Below, in pieces: positions 12,469 to 23,600 of a stretch of 64,000 nt of DNA. The position numbers and the translations under genes were made by a program. The first letter of the stretch is position 1; every line of letters starts with the position of its first letter. The notes under the pieces are model-generated. The model had not been told where the DNA came from, did no database searches, and saw nothing but the letters and a program-made list of their open reading frames with translations. Source of the DNA: Anaeramoeba ignava BMAN (Eukaryota > Protista > Anaeramoebae); the NCBI GenBank assembly GCA_028826165.1, contig JAPDFW010000057.1:248001-312000 (forward strand), given 5' to 3'.

Positions 12469-14898
12469 ATGGAAATTTATTCGTCATATGAATTTGACAA
12501 AATAAATTCATCAAGACATTCAAAACGAAGATTATATGAAATATATCCTGGAAAGAACACATTTTGCTGCAAAGGATCTATATCAACAGGACCAGATATT
12601 AAAAAACTAATTGGAGCGTTACTTCTTTATAATTTACCAATTTTTATTTTTTTAGGACTTCAAATTTATTGGATTCACCAAAAAAATTCTCAAAATGAAA
12701 AATATATTAATTGGATTGATTCTCATTTTAATCTTAAAGCTTCCCTTTTTTTTTCTTTTTTGTTCTGGTTCTTGACTAATTTGTTTCTTTTGTTGACTAG
12801 CTTCGTAGATCCTGGTGTAATCCAAAGAAAACCCTTCTCTAATAATGTTGCTATTTATTTCCTCTCATTTTTTTATCTTATTCAATCTTTTTATTATTAG
12901 ATTTTCAATTAAAATCAAATTTAGAATTCATTTATAAAATTAAAATCAAAATTAAAATCAAAATTAAAATTAAAATTAAAATTAAAATTAAAATTAAAAT
13001 TAAAATTAAAATTAAAATTAAAATTAAAATTAAAATTAAAATTAAAATTAAAATCAAAAATTAAAATTAAAATTAAAATTAAAATTAAAATTAAAATTAA
13101 AATTAAATTAAAATTAAAATTAAAATTAAAATTAAAATTAAAATTAAAATTAAAATTAAAATTAAAATTAAAATTAAAATTAAAATTAAAATTAAAATTA
13201 AAATTAAAATTAAAATTAAAAATTAAAATTAAAATTAAAATTGAAATTAAAATTAAAAATTAAAATTAAAATTAAATTAAATTAAAATTAAAATTAAAAT
13301 TAAAATTAAAATTAAAATTAAAATTAAAAATTAAAATCAAAATTAAAATTATAATTAAATTAAAATTAAAATTAAAATTAAAATTTAAAATTAAAATTAA
13401 AATTAAAATTAAAAATTAAAATTAAAATTAAAATAAAATTATAATTAAAATTAAAATTAAAATTAAAATTAAAATTAAAATTGAAATCAAAATCAAAATC
13501 AAAATTAAAATTAAAATCAAAATCAAAATTATAATTAAAATTAAAATTAAAATTATAATTAAAATTAAAATTAAAATTAAAATTAAAATTCATTTTAAAA
13601 ATTAAAATTAAAATTAAAATTAAAATTAAAATTAAAATTAAAATTAAAATTAAAATTAAAATTAAAATTAAAATTAAAATTCATTTTAAAAATTAAAATT
13701 AAAATTATAATTAAAATTCAGTTTAAAAATTAAAAATTAAAAATTAAAATTAAAATTCATTTTGAAAATTATAATTAAAATTCATTTTATAATTAAAATT
13801 AAAATTATAAATCAAATCAAAATAACAGGGAAAAAATGAAAATGAAAATTCAAATTCAAAACCAGATTCATGTCATATTAAACATATTAAACTGGAAAAA
13901 GTTTATTGTGGTAAATAAATTTCAAAAATTTCAAAAATTTCAAAAAAATTTCAAAAAAATAATTAAAAAATAATTCAAATTAACAAAGTAACATGTAATA
14001 TTTATCGACCACCAAGAACAAGTCATTGTTCAAACTGCAATAATTGTGTTATGGTTTTTGATCATCATTGTAAATATCAAAAAAAATAAAGAAAAATATT
14101 AAAAAAAAAAAGAAATTGTATTTAATATATAATCAAAATGAAAAAAAAAAAAGGTCCTTGGGTTGGAACTGATATTGGATTAAGAAATTATAGATTTTTT
14201 GCTTCCTTTTTATTTTCCGTTTTAACAACTTCAATTTATACAACTGCACTTTGTGCTTTTTTTTTAATTTCAATTGTTTATGATTTTTTTCAAAAAAAAC
14301 ATCAACAAACTGGATATCCATTATATTTAGCTTTATCTTTTTCTCTTTCGTAGGTTTTTCATAATTTAAATTTATAAATGAATTTTAATCTTTAAATGAA
14401 CTTTAAATTAATTTCAAAAAATTTTCCCTAATTCAAGTCTTATAAGTTTAGGTTTTGGAATTTTTGGAATTTATGCTATTCTCTCTTTAGTTAAATTACA
14501 CTGTTTTTTAATATCTAAAAATTTAACAACAAGAGAATATGTAAAATTAAACTAAAAAATTTTAATTCAAAAATTAATTAATTTAAAAAAATTTCTTTTC
14601 AAATTTAAAGCTCAAAGATATTTATGTTGGAACAGATAATCCATTTGATAACGGTTGTTTATCAAATTGGAAAGAAAAATTTTGTACAAAAATTCCTCCA
14701 AAACAAATCAATTATCGAGCTTTTGCAACTCATAAAGAAATAACTTCACTTGAAAATCAACTTGAAGAAAATAGAGGAGGTTTTCTTGGTTCTAAAAAAG
14801 CAAAAGAAATATTAAAACAAGAAGCTGAAAAAATTAGAATTGAATTCGAAGTAATAGATACTCCTCATATGAATGGCGAATGGATTGAACTTAAATAA
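12469..14898 (+). CDS. DHHC palmitoyltransferase (ERF2/ZDHHC9/14/18-like), 6 exons
   Basis: [42 protein letters not shown]|[21 protein letters not shown] and NPFDNG motifs assembled across GT-AG introns. Confidence 0.9.
12900..13820. repeat. (AAAATT)n hexamer filling intron 1 of the DHHC gene
   Basis: Directly visible. Confidence 0.9.
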
Positions 14899-15082
14899 TT
14901 TTTTATTCAAAATCAATTTCGATCCACTTTTTTTAATACTTTTTTTTTTTCCTTTTTTTTTTTGACATTTTTTTTAATTTCCTTCTTTTCATTTTAAATC
15001 AAATCAAAATACAAATGAAATGTATAAACAAAAAGAAAAAGAAAAAGAAAAAGAAAATGGAAATAAATTCTTTTTTTTTAAT

Positions 15083-17304
15083 TTATTTTGCTTTTTTATA
15101 TCGATTTTCAAATTTCAAAATGATAAAAACAAAAATTAATAGAATTATAGTGAATAAAATTATTCTTATAAATTGTATAAATTGAGAAGGAAAATTCCGA
15201 TTTCTTAATTGTTGTTTTGATTTTTGTTGGTATTGCTTTAATAATTCAACAATTTCTGTTTGTTTTCTCTTTTTAACAATATCAATTGGCATCATTTTCT
15301 AATTATTAAATTGAATTTAAAATTAAATTATAGTGAAAAGTTTTTGAAGATTACTTCCTTTTGTTTTAAAAGAAATTTAAATTGGAAATTTTAAATAAAT
15401 TCTTTTGAAATATTCATTTCATTTACATCCTAATAATTAAGAGGAAAAATTGATTATTATTTTTGTTCAATTTTTTTATTTTTTGATTTTTTCCAAAATT
15501 TACATTCCAAGCAAAAATATTTGCTCCAGAATCTAAAAGTAATTTTATAACTGAAAAAGATGCTCTATTTTCACACGCATAATGTAGAGGTGTTGCGTTC
15601 TATCCATTTTGATTTTGCATTTTTCAAAATAAAATTTACAAACTAAATTGTACTTTGATTTTTTTATTAATTAATAAACGAAAAAAATACTTGCTAAATT
15701 TCGCATGTTTTTTCCATTAATTTTTAATCAAATGCTTTTGGTATTAAATTTTTTAAACTTAAACAAAGTTAAATACATTCTATATTTTTTTTTTGCAAAA
15801 AAAAGAACAATCCAAATTAGAAAAAAATTATTTCTTTTTTTTTTCTTTTGAATTTTTTTTTCAAACATTTATAGCATTCACATCTGCTCCAGATTTTATT
15901 AAAAGAGAAATGATTTTCTCTTCTTGTTGTGTAAGTAAAGCTAAATGTAATGCTATTCTTTCCTAAAAAATATAAATCAAAAAAAAAAAATTCTTTTTTT
16001 TCGAATTGTTTTTTTTCTATAAAATAAATAAAAACTTTCTAAAGAAAAAGATTATAAGTTTTTTTTCCTGTTGATTTCCATTTTAATTTTTGATAATTTT
16101 ACTTCCTATAAATTTAAATTGGTTTAGAAATTTTTTTCAAAAAAGAAAATTACTCTTATTGATTTTTTTTACATCTTTTTCATTAACATTCGCACCTGTT
16201 GAAATAAGATATTCAATAACATCTGAACTTTCTCCAAACATTAAAGCAAGATGTAAAGGAGAATAATGCTAAATAAATATAAAAAAAAGAAGAGACAATT
16301 TGTTTTTAAAATCGCAAATCGGAAAAAAAATTGAATTAAAAAAATAGCAATAAAAACTTTCTAAAAATTTAAATTTCAAAATGAGAAAATAAATCCAAGT
16401 CTAATTTCAATATTTAAAGATTTTTTACATTCTGTTTTTTTTTGATAAGAAAAGTTTTAATTTAATTTTTCAATTTAAATTTTTCTTTTTCTTTTTCAAC
16501 ATTTAATGCATTAATATCTGCCCCATTTTCTATAAGAAATTTAATAACTTCAAGAGAGTTTCCAAATCCACAAGCAAAATGCAAAGCAGTATAATCCTTT
16601 TTATTGATTAAAAAATGATTAAAAAATTATTCAAAAAAAAATTATTAACAAAAATTTACATCCTTTTTTGAAAATTAATAAAATGAAGTAATTTTGATTG
16701 AGAAAATAATTTAGAAAAAAATTCCTTTTTGGTAATATTCATAAATAATAACAACATCCTATATTTTAGCGTATTATATTTGGAAATAATTCAAATTGCT
16801 ATTTTTGTAAATATTTTATCTTGAATTTTTTTTTTTACACAAATTGCTTTAACATTTGCTCCCTTTTCAACTAAAGCACGAACAATTTGAATGCCTGCAT
16901 TGGTTAAACAAGAAACACCTAATAATGTATCATTCTAAGTATTAATTAAAATTGAAAAAAAATTGGGTAAATATTTATCATTTTTTTTTTTCAAAAAAGA
17001 ATTTATTTTATTCTTTTTTTTTTTGGTTTTAAAATTTGGAACTAATTCTTCTTTTGTTTTACATCCTAAAGAATTTATCAAAAATTTATAAGTAAAATCT
17101 TTTTAAATTATGATTCAAAAACTTTAATTTACTTTCTAAAAAAAGTTGTGATCAAACAGAATAAATTTTTCATTTTATTTTTTTTAATTTATAATTTTTT
17201 AATCATTTTTTTACATCAGTTTGATTTGGATCATATCCTTGATCTAATAATTTTAAAACTAAATCAACATTTCCAAGTTCAATCGCATCAAATAAATCTG
17301 ACAT
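15083..17304 (-). CDS. Ankyrin-repeat protein with C-terminal transmembrane anchor; 19 exons including 12 single-codon microexons
   Basis: Large exons 17304-17215, 16934-16839, 16596-16501, 16268-16173, 15962-15867, 15599-15504 (internal ones all 96 nt) and 15298-15083. Spliced protein: MSDLFDAIELGNVDLVLKLLDQGYDPNQTD|K|D|NDTLL...GANVKAIC|D|D|DYTALH...GADINALN|N|K|HYSPLH...GANVNEKD|E|K|ERIALH...GADVNAIN|N|Q|NATPLH...GANIFAWN|D|E|KMMPID...FIRIILFTIILLIFVFIILKF. Confidence 0.85.
15355..17135 (-). other. Twelve 3-nt microexons (AG|NNN|GT) in tandem pairs
   Basis: 17135-17133 AAA, 17065-17063 GAT, 16758-16756 GAT, 16662-16660 GAT, 16431-16429 AAT, 16360-16358 AAA, 16105-16103 GAA, 16038-16036 AAA, 15779-15777 AAT, 15693-15691 CAA, 15429-15427 GAT, 15357-15355 GAA. 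Confidence 0.85.
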
Positions 17305-17659
17305 TTAAAAAAAAAGAAAGAAGAAAAAAAAAATGAAAAAAAAAAATTCTAAAAAAAAAAATAATTTTTCAATAGATCAAATAAATACTAATTTTGAAAT
17401 TTAAATCAAAAACAAATTTATCTTAAAAACATTTTAAAATTATTTCAAGTTATAATTTTTTTGAATAATTCGATTTTTTTTAATTTGAAAAAATTTTTTT
17501 TTATTTGATCTTTTTTTTTTTTTTTAATTTAAAAAAATTTTTTTCTTTTTTTTTTCATTTTTTTTTTTCTTTTTTCTTTTTTCTTTTTTGTTATTTTTAA
17601 AAAAAAACAACAACAACAACAACAAAAATAATTTTAAAATTATTTTATTTTGAAATAAA

Positions 17660-20289
17660 ATGGGTTCTTGTGGTTCAAAATTAACACCAGATGAAAAAAA
17701 AGCTCAACAAAGAAACAAAAAAATTGATAAAGTTATGAAAGATGCAGAATCAACTCAACAAAAAGAAGTGAAAATTTTACTTTTAGGTAATTAATTGTTT
17801 ATTTGAAGTGGTTCTTTGCTTATTTTCTTTTCTATATTTTGCTTTTTTTTTTTTCAATCACTTTTTATTTAATTTTTGAATTATTTAATTATTTTTTTAT
17901 TTTTTTTTTAAAATTACAATTCATTTATAAATTAAAATTCATTTATAAATTAAAATTACAATTCATTTATAAATTTAAAATTCATTTATAAATTTAAAAT
18001 TACAATTCATTTATAAATTACAATTAAAATTCATTTATAAATTTATAATTAAAATTCATTTATAAATTTAAAAAGGGGCTGGAGAATCTGGTAAAAGTAC
18101 TTTATTTAAACAAATGAAATTACTTCAAGATGGACAATTTGAAGAAAATGAAGTTGATCGATTTAAAGATGTTGTTTATAGTAATTGCTATACTCAAATG
18201 AAAACATTATGTTTAGAAGCAAATAATTTAGGAATTCCAATTGAAAATGATGTATTTATTAATTTAACTATAATTTTAATTTGATTTGATTTTAAATTTG
18301 ATTTTGATTTGATTTTAATTTTAATTTTAATTTGATTTGATTTGATTTTCATTATAAATTTGATTTTAAATTTGATTATAAATTTGATTTTAAAATAAAA
18401 AGGAAACTGCAAATAATATTAAAAAATTAAAACAATTTGGTGAAATTTGGAGACCAGAAATTGCTGATTGGATTAAAATTTTATGGAAAGATCCAGGAAT
18501 TCAAGCAACATATCAACAACGTTATAAATTTCAACTTAACGATTCAGCAGCTTAGTAAAACAAAATAATTTAATTGAAAATAATTTAATTGAAAACAATA
18601 ATTTAATTGAAAACAATAATTTAATTGAAAACAATAATTTAATTGAAAACAATAATTTAATTGAAAATAATTTAATTGAAAATAATTTAATTGAAAATAA
18701 TTTAATTGAAAATAATTTAATTGAAAATAATTTAATTGAAAATAATTTATTTGAAAATAATTTAATTGAAAATAATTTATTTGAAAATAAAATTTAATTG
18801 AAAATAATTTAATTGAAAATGATTGAATTGAAAAAATTGAAAACAATAATTTAATTGAAAATGATTTAATTGAAAATAATTTAACAAAATAATTGAAAAT
18901 GATTTGAAAACAAAATAATTGAAAACAATAATTTAATTGAAAATAATTTAATTGAAAAAAAAATAGTTTCTTTGATAATATTGATAGAATCTCAAAACAA
19001 GATTATATTCCTTCTAGTGGTGATATTCTTCGTGCAAGAATTAGAACTTCAGGTATTGATGAAGCAGATTATCGAATTTCTCATCTTCAATTTAAAATGA
19101 TAGATGTTGGTGGTCAAAGAAGTGAAAGAAGAAAATGGTAAAAACAATTATAATTTAAAATCAAATTATTTTCATTAAAATATATCTATCTATATCTTTT
19201 TTTAGGATTCATTGTTTTGAACAAGTAAATTGTGTTATTTTTTGTGCTGCTTTGATTGGTTATGCTCAAAGGTTAAGAGAAGATCCAACTTCAAATCGAA
19301 TGCATGTAATGTTTAAAAATCAAAATTAAATTCCAAATTAAAATTAAAATTAAAATTAAAATCAAAATTAAATTCCAAATTAAAATTAAAATTAAAATTA
19401 AAATTAAAATTTAAATTTAAAATTTAAATTAAAATTCAAAATTAAAAGGAAGCTTTAACTTTGTTTCATGAGGTTTGCAATTCACCTTGGTTTTCAAAAT
19501 CAACTATAGTTTTGTTTCTAAATAAAAAAGATTTATTTAAAGATATTTTACAAGAACATCCATTAAGTCAAATATTTCCAGATTATCAAGGTAAATTCAT
19601 TATAAATTTCATTTTAAATTTCATTATAAATTTCATTATAAATTTCATTTTAAATTTAATTATAAAATTTATTTTAAATTTCATGTTAAATTTAATTATA
19701 AATTTCATTTTAAATTTCATTTTAAATTTCATTATAAATTTCATGTTAAAATTAAATTATAAATTTTATTATAAATTTCATTATAAATTTCATTTTTTTA
19801 AATTTAAAATTATAAATTTTTATTATGTTAAATTTCATTATAAATTTCATTTTAAATTTCATTATAAATTTATTTTAAATTTCATGTTAAATTTCATTTT
19901 AAATTTCATTATAAATTTAATTATAAATTTCATGTTAAATTTCATTTTAAATTAAATTTAATTTTAAATTTCATTATAAATTTCATTATAAATTTCATTT
20001 TAAATTTCATTATAAATTTCATTTTAAATTTCATTATAAATTTATTTTAAATTTCATTTTAAATTTCATTATAAAATTCATTTTAAATTTTATTTTAAAA
20101 GGAGGAAAAAATGAAGAAGCTGGAATAGCTTTTGTTAAATCACAATTTGAAAAAGAATATGGAACAACTGATCAATCAAAAAGAAAATTTTTTTCATTTG
20201 AAACATGTGCACTTGATACAGATAATATTAATAAAGTTTTCCAAGCCATTATTGCTTCAATAAGAGAAGATCTACTTGATAATTTGTGA
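17660..20289 (+). CDS. Heterotrimeric G-protein alpha subunit, 7 exons
   Basis: MGSC N-terminus (myristoylation/palmitoylation); LLLG|[28 protein letters not shown]|IHCFE, FLNKKD and TCALDT motifs. Confidence 0.95.
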
Positions 20290-20630
20290 TTTCATTTATT
20301 ATTTTGGATTAATCATCTCTTTCAATACTTTTTTCCTTTTTGACAAAAAAAAAATTTTTTTTACTAATCCAAAAAAATGGATTTGTTCAACAACAAAATC
20401 ATTTTCATTTTTAAAATTTGAATGATTTTCGTTTTTTTTTTTTCAATTTTTTAAAACAATTTTTTTAATCAAAAAAAAAAAAAAAAGAAAGAAAAAATTA
20501 AAATTTTCAAATTAAAAATTTTTTATTCCACTTTTTTTATTATTTTATTTTTTTTTGATTAAAATCTTGAAATGAGAAAAAGAAAAGGAAATTAAAGAAA
20601 AGGAAATTAAAGAAAAGGATTTTTTTCTTT

Positions 20631-23600
20631 CTATTTTAAAATTCTTGAACATTGATCACAAATACGAACAGGAATAAAATAATGAAGATTTGGTAAAATA
20701 AGTCGATTTTGACTACAATTTGGACAAACAATTTGTCCACATCTTTTACAATGATGTTTTTTTCTTTTGGATTTAAATTTTGATAAACATAAATAACAAA
20801 CATAAGCTTGTTTTTTAGGTGAAAAATGAGATTTTATCCCTTTTGATGGAAGTTCCCAAAGAAAAACATTTTTTGCTAAATCACATGAATAAAGTTTTTG
20901 ATTTTCTTTTGTAAAATATAAAGCAGTTATTTTAGAATTTCCTGAAGATTTCATACATTTAATTTCAAGTGAACGAATAATTTGATTTTGATTTTGATTT
21001 AGATTTTTATTTATATTTTGATTTATATTTTGATTTTGATTTATATTTTGATTTAGATTTTGATTTTGATTTTCATTTTGATTTAAATTTTCATTTATAT
21101 TTTGATTTTGATTTAAATTTTGATTTTGAATTTGATTTTGATTTTGATTTAGATTTTGATTTTGATTTAGATTTTGATTTTGATTTAGATTTTGATTTTG
21201 ATTTATATTTTGATTTATATTTTGATTTATATTTTGATTTTCAATTTCATTTATATTTATATTTTGATTTTCAATTTCATTTATATTTAAATTTATATTT
21301 TCATTTTGATTTATATTTTCATTTTGATTTTCATTTATATTTTGATTTATATTTTGATTTTGATTTTGATTTTGATTTTGATTTATATTTTTGATTTATA
21401 TTTTATTTTTTTTGATTTTTATTTTGATTTATATTTTGATTTATATTTTGATTTATATTTTGATTTATATTTTGATTTTGATTTTCATTTATATTTTGAT
21501 TTTCAATTTGATTTTGATTTATATTTTGATTTTGATTTTTTATTTTGATTTTGATTTTGATTTTGATTTATATTTTGATTTTGATTTTGATTTTGATTTA
21601 TATTTTGATTTTTTTTGATTTTGATTTTGATTTTGATTTTGATTTTGATTTTGATTTTGATTTTGATTTTGATTTTCAATTTCATTTATATTTATATTTT
21701 CATTTATATTTTGATTTATATTTTGATTTTGGTTTATATTTTCGTTTATATTTTGATTTTGATTTTGATTTTGATTTAAATTTTGATTTAAATTTTCATT
21801 TATATTTTGATTAATTTTTTGACTTCGTAAAATTTGCCAAAAACAAATAGTTCCATTTTGATGACCAGTAATATATAAATGTTCATTTTGATATTCATTT
21901 AAATTTGACATAGAAATTGCAGTAATCGAATTGCTTTTCAAATTTTCAATTTTTTTTTCAGCTAAAATTCTACCCGAAATTGTAAAAATTTTGATAGAAT
22001 ATTTGGAACAAGCAAAAATTTCTCCACTAAAATTATTGATTCTAGCAAATATAACAGGATCATTGAATCCATTAATTTCGCGTATGAAAACAAATGTATT
22101 CAAATCCCAAAGAAAACATTTGCCAGTTTTATCTGCAGAAATGATAATTGAATAAGTTTGTGATGCATAAACACAAGTTATTTTTTCCAAATGTTTCGAC
22201 AATTTGGCAAGAAAAATAAGCTGAAATTTTAAAGATGAATTATGCGATTTATTGTAGAGAATTTTCCAAACACAAACATTGCAATCATTTCCTCCGCTAA
22301 TTAAATATTTACCATTTTCTGTAACACAACATTTTGTAATTTTCCCAATATGCAAATTTTCAAATGAAGAAACAATTCGATCGCCAACTTGATTTAAAAT
22401 CCTCAAAGAGCCATCCAAATTATTCCATTTCAAAATGTTATATTGATTATTCTTATGTTGTAAGAATGTATAATTTTTCTCTACCGAAATAACTTTGTAT
22501 CCAACTTTACGAATTTCATAAACAGGCTCCATCAATTTTTTAATGTTTTGGGAATAAATATATTCGGGATAAGTGTGAATCCCATAAGGAAATGTACTGT
22601 GTTGTTCATGTCTTTGGGGATGTGGTTTTGTGAATATTTGCCTTGGTGTTTGTCCAAGACTTTGTACTTGCGAAATGATTTGTGTCATTTCCTTATAACT
22701 TGTTAAATTAAGTAAATGGTCATTATTATAAGTCAAATGACAAAATACATTCAATGCTTTTTCAGCTTCTTTTCCATTTTGTTTGTATCCAAAAATCAAA
22801 TCGATCCATTGATGTAGTTTTGATGATACTTGTTTGCTTTCAAGACATTTTATATGGGTTCGAATAAATTCATAGGGATCGTTATTAGCCCAAAAGGGCA
22901 AATGAACATTTCCAACAGGTTGATTATTTGATTTACAAATTCCAAATCCAAGATTGTTATTATTTTCCAAAAATTCTGGAAAACTGAAAAATTCTGGAAT
23001 CAATTCTTTAACATCGGATGTGCTTGCTTGACTTGATGAAATGTATTCTTCTTTGATAGATTTGAATATTCTATCTGGATAATCTAGTTTTCCTCCTTGA
23101 ATTTCAATAGAATCTTTTGTAAATGGCTGCAAGCGTATTAAATAATAAAGAATTACTAATGGAGCCGAGTAATGAGTTCCGTAAAGAAATTTAGGGATAG
23201 AATTATCGACCCAAGTTTGATATCTTTTAATAATATAATAGATATTTTTTTTTAAATAAATTAATAATTAATTAGTTAATTAAATTTTTTTTTTGAATAA
23301 TTAACCTTTCTTCAAACATATTCTTTCTTGCATCTGTTAAAGCTCCCATTGGTTTGGATAAATCTCTGTAATTTTTCTCGTCCTCAATTGATAAGCTTTC
23401 TGTTTCATATTCTGATAATATCCACGGAAACACAAAATACTGGGAATAATTATTAAAACTTCTTTCTGAAATTGTATTTAAAAACATCAAATATTGGAAA
23501 TTTGTAATTCTTCCTTCTTGCCACATTTTAGTATGAATTTCAATATCCTTTTCATCTCTATATCCTCCCAATTGTGTCATTTCGCCAAGAATGTTATAAT

